This document shows, one piece after another, positions 43,578 through 52,061 of a stretch of 64,000 nt of DNA. Position 1 is the stretch's first letter. The number at the start of each line of letters is the position of its first letter. A program made the position numbers and the translations under genes. The DNA is from Bacillota bacterium (GTDB taxonomy: Bacteria > Bacillota > Sulfobacillia > Sulfobacillales > JAIMBI01): assembly GCA_021797815.1 (NCBI GenBank), contig JAJZYZ010000010.1, forward strand, positions 347 through 64,346, in the 5' to 3' direction. A model generated the notes under the pieces. That model did no database searches, was not told where the DNA came from, and saw only the letters and a list, made by a program, of their open reading frames with translations.

Positions 43578-44893
43578 GACTCTCCCTCCGCCAGCGTCTC
43601 ACCCGCCAGGCGGCCCTGGCGATGGTCGTCCTGGTGGTGGGATTTGCCGCGGTGACCTGGGCCGGGACCGCCATCCACTTCTACGACATCACGATGGCTG
43701 CCTCCAGGGCCCAGGCCATCGAACTGCAAGAGCACCTCGCGACGGGCAGTTCGCCGCCGGCCCTGCTGACCCGCTTTCAGCGTCACGAGGACCCCATGGT
43801 GTGGGTCACGCGCGGTCTCCAGCGGTGGATGAGTCCGAACTCCGTGCGGCCCGTCCCTCCCCTTGGACTCTCGTCCATCTTCAGTCCCGACCCCCTCGTC
43901 ACGACTCGCGTCCACCAAAGCCCCTTCACGGTCGTGGTGGCCACCTCGTTTGCAGCCGACGCCGATCTGCTGCGGGAATCGTTCCTGGTGCTGGCCCTGG
44001 TCGGTCTGGGGGCCGGCCTCGCGGCCGTATTCCTGGCCCGCTGGGCTACCACCCGCATGCTGGATCCGGTGGATCGCATGACGTCCGCAGCCACGGACAT
44101 GCTGGCATCCCGAAAAGTGCGGGCGCTTCCTCAGTGGTCGGACATCGACGACGAGTTCAACCGCCTCTCGCACACGTTTAACCGCCTCCTCACCATGGTG
44201 GACGAGGACGCGGCACGGGACCGGGAATTCCTGGCCCACGCCGCCCACGAGCTGCGGACGCCGCTCCAGGTGCTGGCGGGCAATCTGGGCCTGCTGGAAG
44301 AGGGGGACGACCTCGAGCCCGCCATCCGTGAGGAGAGCCTCCAGCAGAGCCGGCAGGTCCTTGACCGCCTCATCCGCCTGGTGGACGACCTCATGCGTCT
44401 GGAGCGAACGCGCTCCGATCGCCCGCAGCGGGGCCCGGTCGACCTGCAGGCGGTGGTGACGGCCATGGGGGAAGATGCCGCCGTGCTGGCCCCCAATTTG
44501 ACGGTGACCGTCCAACCCCAGGCCCTTTCTGCCGCCGCCACTCCCTGGGATCTTGAGCGCGCCTTGTGGGCCGTCCTCGACAATGCGCTCAAGTACACAC
44601 CCGCCGGCGGTCACGTGGATCTGCGCCTTTTGGAGCGGGAAGGCCTAGTGGGTGTGGAAGTGTCCGACAGCGGCCCCGGCATCCCCCCCTCCGAGCTGTC
44701 TCAGGTTTTTGAGCGCTTTTATCGAGGCCAGCGCACGCGGGTCACAGAAGGCTTCGGGCTTGGCCTCGCCCTCGCCCGCGCGCTGGTCGAGCGCGACGCG
44801 GGCCGCATCGAACTCCGTTCGGAGGAGGGGCGAGGCACGGTGGTGACCCTGCTGTGGCCCCCGGCCGGCGAGGACGCCGCGGTCAGCAGCTGA
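43574..44893 (+). CDS. sensor histidine kinase
   Basis: Two TM segments, H-box FLAHAAHELRTPL, N box DNALKYTP, and G boxes DSGPGI / GFGLGLA. GTGA overlap with the response regulator gene. Confidence 0.9.
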   Translation: MRLSLRQRLTRQAALAMVVLVVGFAAVTWAGTAIHFYDITMAASRAQAIELQEHLATGSSPPALLTRFQRHEDPMVWVTRGLQRWMSPNSVRPVPPLGLSSIFSPDPLVTTRVHQSPFTVVVATSFAADADLLRESFLVLALVGLGAGLAAVFLARWATTRMLDPVDRMTSAATDMLASRKVRALPQWSDIDDEFNRLSHTFNRLLTMVDEDAARDREFLAHAAHELRTPLQVLAGNLGLLEEGDDLEPAIREESLQQSRQVLDRLIRLVDDLMRLERTRSDRPQRGPVDLQAVVTAMGEDAAVLAPNLTVTVQPQALSAAATPWDLERALWAVLDNALKYTPAGGHVDLRLLEREGLVGVEVSDSGPGIPPSELSQVFERFYRGQRTRVTEGFGLGLALARALVERDAGRIELRSEEGRGTVVTLLWPPAGEDAAVSS

Positions 44894-44916
44894 CCGCAGG
44901 CCGTGCGGCGGCCGCA

Positions 44917-44950
44917 CAAAAAAGGGACCGCATCTCTGCGGTCCCTTTCG
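44917..44950. terminator. bidirectional rho-independent terminator
   Basis: GGGACCGCA-tctc-TGCGGTCCC (9 bp perfect), flanked by ACAAAAAA upstream and TTTCG downstream. Lies between the convergent kinase and rng genes. Confidence 0.7.
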
Positions 44951-44968
44951 CCGTAGCCGGAACGCGGC

Positions 44969-46828
44969 CTAGGGGGCCGAGGTGCGCACCTCGGGAGCCA
45001 CGGCCGGAATCACCTCGGCGACGTCCACCATGATCTTGGCGGTGGCAAATGTCCGGAGCGCCCGCTGCACCTCCACCTCCACCCGCTCGCCGACGCGGTG
45101 GCCGCCCCCCTCGACATCGATGACATAACCCTCGACCCGGGCTATGCCGTTCTTGCTGTTGGTCGCATGTCGCTCTTCAATCAGAATCTTGAGCCGCTCG
45201 CCCTCCCGCACCGGGAACGCCTGCCGTTCCACCTCCTGGCGGGTCCCCTGAACCCGCACCCGAAGTTCCTCCGGCCCGCAGTCGGCAGACCCCCGTATAA
45301 AGACCGCGCGCCCGGTGGCGCGCTCCAATTCCCGCAAGTTGGCGCCGCCTGGTCCGATAAGGTGCGAGGCCACCGACGGATGAGCCTCGGCCAGAATGGC
45401 CTCGGCGCCCGACTCGCGGAGCCGGTCGGCCAGGCGCTCGCGCAGGCGCTGAGCCACCACCTCCTCGGACAGGACCCGCCCGCGTCCATCACAGTCGCCG
45501 CACAGTCGGGTCAGCTGCGAGAGCAGGCTTTCGTGCACCTTCTTCCGGGTCATCTCCAAAAGGCCGAGCCGGGTGAGCCCGAGCACGGTCACGCGGGTGC
45601 GGTCCGACTTGAGCGCCCGCTGGAAGGTGTGAATGACGTCGGTCTGGTGCTCCTCTTTCTCCATGTCGATGAAGTCAACCAGGACAATCCCGCTGATGTC
45701 GCGCAGACGAAGCTGGCGCGCAATCTCCACGGCCGCCTCCCGGTTGGTCACCAGGACGGTGTCGGCCAGATCGGTGGTGCCCACGTTCTTGCCCGTGTTG
45801 ACGTCAATGACCGTCAGCGCTTCGGTCTCGTCAATGATGAGGTACCCGCCGCACTTGAGCCAGATGCGCCGCTTGACCGCCCGGTCAAGCTCCGCCTCCA
45901 CGCCGCGCGCCTCAAACAGGGGACGCTCCTCCTGCCAGAGCTGCAGGCGATCTTTGTGCTGCGGCGACAGCGAGGTCACGACCTCCTGCGCCCGCTCAAA
46001 CGCCTGCGGATCATCCACGATGAAGCGGTCGACCGTGTCGTCCAGCTGGTCGCGGACGGTGCGCATGATGAGCCCTACCTCGCGATGGAGGATGCCCGGC
46101 TCGCGCGTGGTTTTGGCTTTATGGCGGACCCGGGCCAGAAGCCGCCGCAGGTACGCCAGGTCCCGCTGGAGGGCCCGATGGCTCGCGCCCTGGGCCACCG
46201 TCCGCACGATGATGCCCATCCCGCGCGGCCGTATCTTGTCCGCGATGGACCGCAGACGCTCGCGCTCGGCCGGATCCTCGATCCGACGCGAGATGCCGAT
46301 GGTCTCCGAGTAGGGCGTCAGGACCACGTAGCGCCCCGGCAGCGACAGATTCGTGGTGATGCGCGCACCTTTAGTGCCGATGGGCTCCTTCACCACCTGC
46401 ACGATGATGTCCTGGCCCACCTTGAGCACTTCCTGGATGGGTCGGTGACGGGCGCCCTTGTCGGGCGCCGACGCGTCGTCCACGTAGAGAAAAGCGTTCT
46501 TCTCCAGGCCCACGTTTACAAACGCGGCCCGCATCCCCGGGAGGACGTTCTCCACGCGTCCCTTGTAGATGTTCCCGGCGGCCTGATCACCCTCGTCCCG
46601 CTCAATGTAAAACTCGACCAGCTGACTATCTTCCATCACTGCGAGGCGGCTGTAGCGGGTCCCAAAATTCAACAAAAGCTCTTTGAAAGGTTGCGGTTCA
46701 GGGGTCTTCTCCGTGCCCTCTTCTTCGGTGTCGGCCTCGGCCGGTAGAGTCTCGGCCGCCTCGGCCGTTCCCGCTGACGGGAGCGCCGGAAGAATGCCCC
46801 AGCGGCGTCGTCTGCTGCGCCGTGCCAT
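44969..46828 (-). CDS. rng: ribonuclease G/E family endoribonuclease
   Basis: S1 domain GNIYKGRVENVLPGMRAAFVNVG and the catalytic core VIDVNTG...TNREAAVEIARQLRLRD. Extra N-terminal acidic and C-terminal extensions bring it to 619 aa. Confidence 0.85.
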   Translation of the reverse strand: MARRSRRRRWGILPALPSAGTAEAAETLPAEADTEEEGTEKTPEPQPFKELLLNFGTRYSRLAVMEDSQLVEFYIERDEGDQAAGNIYKGRVENVLPGMRAAFVNVGLEKNAFLYVDDASAPDKGARHRPIQEVLKVGQDIIVQVVKEPIGTKGARITTNLSLPGRYVVLTPYSETIGISRRIEDPAERERLRSIADKIRPRGMGIIVRTVAQGASHRALQRDLAYLRRLLARVRHKAKTTREPGILHREVGLIMRTVRDQLDDTVDRFIVDDPQAFERAQEVVTSLSPQHKDRLQLWQEERPLFEARGVEAELDRAVKRRIWLKCGGYLIIDETEALTVIDVNTGKNVGTTDLADTVLVTNREAAVEIARQLRLRDISGIVLVDFIDMEKEEHQTDVIHTFQRALKSDRTRVTVLGLTRLGLLEMTRKKVHESLLSQLTRLCGDCDGRGRVLSEEVVAQRLRERLADRLRESGAEAILAEAHPSVASHLIGPGGANLRELERATGRAVFIRGSADCGPEELRVRVQGTRQEVERQAFPVREGERLKILIEERHATNSKNGIARVEGYVIDVEGGGHRVGERVEVEVQRALRTFATAKIMVDVAEVIPAVAPEVRTSAP

Positions 46829-46987
46829 CTGGATGCCCCTTCCTGTTTGCGTACTCCGAGTAGGTCATACGAGGGATCCTCGCGTATTCAGTTGTAGCTG
46901 CGGACGAGTTGCCCCGCCGCGCCTGGATCGATCCCCCCTCTCCGCGAGGCCGGGTCCGCCTCGCCGTTCTGCGATCTCTTGACGATC

Positions 46988-47016
46988 ATCATAAATTGTG
47001 GCGAGGTGCAGGTCAA
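46988..47016 (-). promoter_or_regulatory. candidate promoter of rng
   Basis: TTGACC (47016-47011), 17-nt spacer, TATGAT (46993-46988). This would give a 5' UTR of about 155 nt. Confidence 0.5.
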
Positions 47017-47387
47017 TTTTGGGGAGGAGGTCTCGCGGGCGGATCGCCAATGAACGAGCGGGCCGTAGGTTCGGAGCGCTTCGGTCCAGGTCACGAAGGA
47101 TGCCGCACGCCCGCGCCGTTTCCGGCAACTCCAGACGAGAGCCTGAGGCGGCCCGCCTGGCCGGAGCGTCAGGCCTGTCCAAAGACGCTGGGCCAGGCGG
47201 GCGCCGGACCGCCAGTGCCGGCCGCCGGTCGCGTCGGCGCGGGGATCCGGGGGACCGGGTCGAAGCTTGGCCCTCGCCGAGAGCGCACGGCACCCGCCGC
47301 GCAAGGCCGGCCCTCTTTGCGGGGTGTCCGGTCGGTCACGCTTTACGATGCCGCCTCCTCGCATGACGCGGACAGGCGAGGGCGCGG

Positions 47388-48251
47388 TCAGGAAAGGGTG
47401 CGGCCGTAGGGAGCGTAATACATCGAGAGACTCCGCGGCAGGATGCCCAGGTCCACGAGCCAGCGGCTGTCACGCACGCGCGGCTCGGTCTGGAAGTAAT
47501 CCCATTCACCCGGTGTCCATGGCCAGCGGACAAACCGGGCAAAACGCCAGTCGGGATCCACCGCCAGCACACGCCGCTGCCACCAGACCCCGTCCGCGGC
47601 CATCTGCCGGATAAGGTCGCGCAGCGTCACGAGATGCGGTCCCGGCAAGTCGAATGTCCGTCCCACCGTGGCCGGGTGGCCGATGATGCGCAAGATGGCC
47701 TCCGACACGTCGCCCACAAACACCGGCTGCACCACCGAGGGTGAGACCGGCACGAGGGACACGGGCCGCGAGGCCCACGTTTCCAGACGATCAAATAGAT
47801 CGGCTCCACGACCGAACAGAAGACTCGGACGCACAACGGTCCACGCCAGGCCCGACCGTTCCACGATGGCCTCGGCCTGAGCCTTCACCCGCTGCAGCGG
47901 GTGGCGTCCGTCCTGAGAGGCGCCCAGCACGCTCACAAAAACTACCCGCTGCACCCCGTAGTGGCGGGCCCAGGCGATGACATTCCGGACCGTCAGCAAG
48001 TGACGGGTCGTGTCCTCTTCCTCCGCCAGTCCCGGCCCCGGTCCTGCTGCCATGACCAGCGCATGCAGATCTTCCGGCGGCGCGGCCCAGTCTCCCGGCT
48101 CCCGCTCGGGCCACAACGGAATATAGGGCGGCTCGGACGACGGGCGCGAAGCGGTTCCGTAAACTTTCGTCCCGGCGTTCCAGAAGCGGGTCACCAGATC
48201 CCGCCCCAGAAAGCCCCCCGCCCCGTAAACCAGTACGGCCTTATCGTTCAT
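47388..48251 (-). CDS. NAD(P)-binding epimerase/dehydratase-fold protein (NDUFA9/NmrA-like)
   Basis: VLVYGAGGFLGRDLV Rossmann motif at the N-terminus. Start set to the ATG at 48251 (MNDKAV). Confidence 0.75.
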   Translation of the reverse strand: MNDKAVLVYGAGGFLGRDLVTRFWNAGTKVYGTASRPSSEPPYIPLWPEREPGDWAAPPEDLHALVMAAGPGPGLAEEEDTTRHLLTVRNVIAWARHYGVQRVVFVSVLGASQDGRHPLQRVKAQAEAIVERSGLAWTVVRPSLLFGRGADLFDRLETWASRPVSLVPVSPSVVQPVFVGDVSEAILRIIGHPATVGRTFDLPGPHLVTLRDLIRQMAADGVWWQRRVLAVDPDWRFARFVRWPWTPGEWDYFQTEPRVRDSRWLVDLGILPRSLSMYYAPYGRTLS

Positions 48252-48393
48252 GCCGCACCGACTGCCGCCGCCGACGAACATTTCGTCGGCGGGCCAGGAC
48301 GTCGAGACGCTCGTTCAACCGTCTCAGCTGGGCCAGGACCGCAATCATGAGCCCGACGTTCAACGCGACGAGGGCAACCGTGACAAATTTCAC
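48241..48393 (-). CDS. small single-pass membrane protein (hypothetical)
   Basis: GTG at 48393 overlaps the upstream stop as GTGA and follows AGGAGCGCCGGA. The product is VKFVTVALVALNVGLMIAVLAQL followed by a basic tail. Its 3' end overlaps the next gene's start by 11 nt. Confidence 0.4.
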   Translation of the reverse strand: MKFVTVALVALNVGLMIAVLAQLRRLNERLDVLARRRNVRRRRQSVRHER

Positions 48394-49061
48394 TCCGGCG
48401 CTCCTTCGCTGGCCGTGGTGGGTGACCAGAGGGTCTCCAGCGAGGTCGGTTCGACACGGCGATATAAAGTCCCTTCCGGCTCGGCCCACACAATCGGACC
48501 GTCTTGGCAGTACCCGAGACAACCGCACGGTGTTACGCGCACGCCGCTCGCGAGGCGCAGCCGGCGCTCGCGCCGCATCGCCTCATAGAGCGGGAGGGCT
48601 CCCGCTCCCTTGCAGGGGGCGTCCACGCACACGAGGAGATGTGTCCGGTACGCCTTCACACGCGCACCGCGCCTCCCAAAGGCGCCTCGGCTCCCTCCCC
48701 GCCGGGCGGCACCCCATGCGGCGGCCATGCCGACGGCCGCTCCCACCAGGGAAGCCGGCCCCCCCGAGTAAACGGCCAGTGCCAGGAGCGCGCCCAGGCC
48801 CGCCATCCACAGGAACATGCCGAGAAACTCCGCCTGCGGCACGACCAGGAGGCCTTCGGTCAGGGCGGCCGCCCCGGCGATGAGGGATCCGGCCAGAATG
48901 GCAGACACGGGAGTGGAGAGGAGGAGTCCGGCGCCCGCGGCCAGCACCACGAGGGCAGAAATTCCGAGCGTCTCCGAGCGTGAAAGGATCTGCCGGCGCA
49001 GACGGACGCCGAGCCCGAAGAGGGAGGCCGCCGCCGCCACTGCCACCACGAGGCTCAACAT
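48390..49061 (-). CDS. membrane-anchored thioredoxin-like [2Fe-2S] ferredoxin domain protein
   Basis: About 130 aa with 4 hydrophobic helices, then HLLVCVDAPC...PCGCLGYCQDGP. The Cys-x4-Cys ... Cys-x3-Cys pattern and fold signature match (2Fe-2S) thioredoxin-like ferredoxins. Confidence 0.6.
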   Translation of the reverse strand: MLSLVVAVAAAASLFGLGVRLRRQILSRSETLGISALVVLAAGAGLLLSTPVSAILAGSLIAGAAALTEGLLVVPQAEFLGMFLWMAGLGALLALAVYSGGPASLVGAAVGMAAAWGAARRGGSRGAFGRRGARVKAYRTHLLVCVDAPCKGAGALPLYEAMRRERRLRLASGVRVTPCGCLGYCQDGPIVWAEPEGTLYRRVEPTSLETLWSPTTASEGAPE

Positions 49062-49071
49062 GTGCGGGCCG

Positions 49072-50259
49072 TCAGGGACGGGCGGCGTCAGCCACCACCG
49101 GACGCGTCTCTCCCACCCGGAAGACGAGGCCTTCCCGGCGCGCCCAGACGTTCAGGAGGAGACCGATGGCACCCGCGTCAGCCATCAGGGCTGACCCGCC
49201 ATAGCTCATGAAAGGCAGCGGCACACCCGCCACCGGCATGATGCCAATGGCCATGCCGGCGCTTTCCAGAACGTGAAACCCGATCATCGCCACGACTCCG
49301 GTGGCAATGAGGGCCCCGAGACGGTCTTTGGCATTGGCGGCAATGAAGAGGCCGCGCGCCACCAGGAGGAAGTACAGGAAAAGGACCGCGGCCGCACCGA
49401 CAAACCCCATCTGGTTGGCCAGCACGGCAAAGATAAAGTCGGTGTACGACTCTGGCAAGAAGGCCAGCTGACTGTTGGTGGTCACGTGGTGCAGGCCGTA
49501 CAGGCCGCCCGTCCCTACCGCCACCCGTGATTGGATCACGTTGTAGCCGGTCCCCAGAGGATCCGCATTCGGGTTTATGAAGCTGATGAGGCGGTCAAGC
49601 TGGTAGGTGTGCATGGGCAGCGGGATGGGGTGGCCGCCGATCGTGAGGTTCAGGTGGGCGTAAATCCAGAACACGGCCAGGCCCAGTCCGCCGCCAAACA
49701 GGAGCAGGAGCCGCGGCCCCGGAGCGCCCGCCATGTAAAGCATGCCGGCCAGGATGGCGATAAAGACCAAGGCTGTCCCAAGGTCAGGCTGTTTGATGAT
49801 GAGCACCACCGGCAGCGCCACATGCAGGATGGGAGATATCAGATCCCGCCACCGCTTCATCGACTGCTTCCGACTGAGGAGGTTCGCGAGAGTCACGATA
49901 ATCATGACTTTCGCAATCTCAGAGGGCTGGATCTGCAGGGTCTGGGTGCCGATCCAGCGCGACGCGCCGAGGGCGGTGTGACCCTTGACCAGCACGAAGG
50001 CCAACATCCCGAACATGAACCAGTAAATATATCGGGACCATTTGGCCAGAGTCGTGTAAGGGATGGCAAACAACACGCCGGCGACGATCCCGCCAACCAC
50101 GAACCAGAGCACCTGGCGGTCGACGAAATACATCTTGTCCTGCAGGAACGTAAGACTCACGCTGGCCGCACGAATAACGTACAGGCCCACCGCGCCCAGC
50201 ACCGCCACTAACCCGAGCGTCAGGTAGTCGATCCGTCGGACGACCCCGGCCTCAGTCAC
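49072..50259 (-). CDS. rodA: FtsW/RodA/SpoVE (SEDS) family protein, RodA by context
   Basis: Ten-TM SEDS pattern with QPSEIAK, PDLGTA and the C-terminal SYGGSA motif. Follows minE as in Clostridia. Confidence 0.9.
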   Translation of the reverse strand: MTEAGVVRRIDYLTLGLVAVLGAVGLYVIRAASVSLTFLQDKMYFVDRQVLWFVVGGIVAGVLFAIPYTTLAKWSRYIYWFMFGMLAFVLVKGHTALGASRWIGTQTLQIQPSEIAKVMIIVTLANLLSRKQSMKRWRDLISPILHVALPVVLIIKQPDLGTALVFIAILAGMLYMAGAPGPRLLLLFGGGLGLAVFWIYAHLNLTIGGHPIPLPMHTYQLDRLISFINPNADPLGTGYNVIQSRVAVGTGGLYGLHHVTTNSQLAFLPESYTDFIFAVLANQMGFVGAAAVLFLYFLLVARGLFIAANAKDRLGALIATGVVAMIGFHVLESAGMAIGIMPVAGVPLPFMSYGGSALMADAGAIGLLLNVWARREGLVFRVGETRPVVADAARP

Positions 50260-50395
50260 ACAGAACCACCCCTGCCATCCTCTGACGTCCCCCTGCCGCG
50301 TTCGGACCGACCTTCGCCACGTCCCTGATTATATCGAGATTAACGTGCGCGGGCAGGTGCAGGTTGACACAGGCGGCGCACAGGTTCGCCCCCGG

Positions 50396-50689
50396 TCAGG
50401 TTGTGATGCCGTGCCGTTTGACCGCTCGGATCGGGATGTTGGCCACGAGCGCCATCGCGTCCTCGTGCCGCTCGAAGTCCACTTTGAATCCTTCGGAATC
50501 GATGTCCATGTACTCCGAAATGACCCGGAGCATGTCGTTCTTCAAGGCTTCCATCATCTCCGGAGCCATGTCGGCGCGGTCATGAATCAGAACCAGGCGC
50601 AGGCGGTCCTTCGCGACCGCCCGGCTGCCCTCCTCGCGAGCGAACACTCGCGAGATGAAATCGCTTAGAGACCATCCGCTGCGGCTCAT
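50396..50689 (-). CDS. minE: cell division topological specificity factor MinE
   Basis: MSRSGWSLSDFISRVFAREEGSRAVAKDRLRLVLIHDR. ATG at 50689 overlaps the minD stop as ATGA. The 220-aa ORF-track ORF is mostly read-through over minD. Confidence 0.9.
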   Translation of the reverse strand: MSRSGWSLSDFISRVFAREEGSRAVAKDRLRLVLIHDRADMAPEMMEALKNDMLRVISEYMDIDSEGFKVDFERHEDAMALVANIPIRAVKRHGITT

Positions 50690-51480
50690 CGGCTTCTCCC
50701 CATCATGCGGCGCAAACGGTTTAACAAGCCAGCCTCCTCCAGGTTCATGAGCGGAACCTGCTCGCCCAGGAGGCGCCGCGCAATGTTGCGGTAGGCTTCT
50801 CCCGCCCGGGAGTTCTGGTTGACACTGGCCGGCTCGCCCCGGTTGGTGGACACGACAATCGCGTCGTCGTCGGGCACCACTCCCAGAAGCTCGATGGCCA
50901 AGATCTCGATGATATCGTCGATGTCCATCATGTCTCCGCGCCGCACCATCGCGGGACGGATGCGGTTGATGATGAGCAGCGGCTGGCGCAGTTCGTGCGC
51001 CTCCAGGAGTCCGACGATGCGGTCGGCGTCGCGGACCGAGGACACCTCCGGAGTGCATACCACAATGGCCTTGTCGGCTCCCGCCACCGCGTTGCGGAAG
51101 CCCTGCTCGATGCCGGCCGGGCAGTCAATCAGGATGATGTCGAAGTCCTGCTTCAAATCCGACACCAGCTGGCGCATCTGATCAGGCGAGACGGCAGTCT
51201 TGTCTTTCGTCTGGGCTGCGGGCAGCAGGTAGAGATTCTCGAATCGCTTGTCCTTGATGAGGGAGGTCTTGAGCTTGGCGAAACCCTCCACAACGTCCAC
51301 CAGGTCATAGACGATTCGATTCTCGAGACCCAACACCACGTCCAGGTTTCTAAGCCCGATGTCCGCATCCACCAACGCTACCCGCTGCCCCATCGTGGCC
51401 AATGCCGCCCCCAGGTTGGCGGTGGTGGTGGTTTTGCCCACCCCGCCCTTGCCGGAGGTAATGACGATGGCCTCGCCCAT
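50686..51480 (-). CDS. minD: septum site-determining ATPase MinD
   Basis: Deviant Walker A ITSGKGGVGKTT and a C-terminal amphipathic helix LLNRLRRMMG. ATG at 51480 follows GGAGGAGAAGCAT. Confidence 0.95.
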   Translation of the reverse strand: MGEAIVITSGKGGVGKTTTTANLGAALATMGQRVALVDADIGLRNLDVVLGLENRIVYDLVDVVEGFAKLKTSLIKDKRFENLYLLPAAQTKDKTAVSPDQMRQLVSDLKQDFDIILIDCPAGIEQGFRNAVAGADKAIVVCTPEVSSVRDADRIVGLLEAHELRQPLLIINRIRPAMVRRGDMMDIDDIIEILAIELLGVVPDDDAIVVSTNRGEPASVNQNSRAGEAYRNIARRLLGEQVPLMNLEEAGLLNRLRRMMGRSR

Positions 51481-51502
51481 ATGCTTCTCCTCCAAAACGC
51501 CG

Positions 51503-52015
51503 TCAGTCTCTCGTCCGTTCGGCCCTGTACCTGGCGTCACTGTCAATCAACACCTGCCCGTCTCGAGCCTGAGCCATCTCGTGCATCCGTGCAATGAACG
51601 GCGCGAGCGAAGCTTCTTGGCCCCGCGTCGAAACGAGGCCGCTACCCGTTGCGCATCGCCCGCTGAACCGCGGTGGGCAAGGCCGCGCGGGTCCCCATCA
51701 CGACAGCGTCTTCCTCGGCGCGATCTCGGCGTCGGGGTTCCCGTCGCCCAATAGCACGACGTTGCCGATATATCGCATCGTATGCCCAGAACGGAGATGA
51801 CGGAAGACATGCCGTGTCTGCTCGCCAAGCGGCGGCGGCAACACATCCTCGGGCCCGAGGTCCGGAGGCCTTGCGGTTCGGACCGCCCCCTTGGCGACTT
51901 TGCCGAGGCCTACACTCCTCCGAACGACTCCCTCTTCCTTTCTGGGTCCGCCTGCCAAGTCCTGCTTCGGCTTGTGGTTCGGGACGGGCCGGATAGACCA
52001 CATTCTTCCACACAC
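51503..52015 (-). pseudogene. minC: minC remnant: C-terminal domain only, split over three reading frames
   Basis: MinC_C-like motifs occur in order but in different frames. LRSGHTMRYIGNVVLLGDGNPDAEIA ends at an in-frame TGA (51698-51700). EEDAVVMG is in the next frame and DPRGLAHRGSAGDAQRVAASFRRGAKKLR in the third. APFIARMHEMAQARDGQVLID is back in the first frame, with its stop 22 nt before minD. Confidence 0.55.
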
Positions 52016-52061
52016 CGAGATGGCACCCTATCCCTGCCCCCCGGCACGCTCCTCACCGGTT

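Noticed and set aside
45098-46747. 549-aa plus-strand ORF
   Set aside because: It is antisense to the RNase G/E gene. It is an Arg/Leu/His/Pro-rich shadow ORF.
50396-51058. 220-aa minus-strand ORF taken as one gene
   Set aside because: Only the last 97 codons (from the ATG at 50689) are MinE. The remainder overlaps minD out of frame.
51547-52013. ORFs 51547-51846 and 51642-52013 as independent small genes
   Set aside because: Each carries only a fragment of the MinC C-terminal pattern and lacks an SD. They are better explained as the alternative frames of a frameshifted minC.
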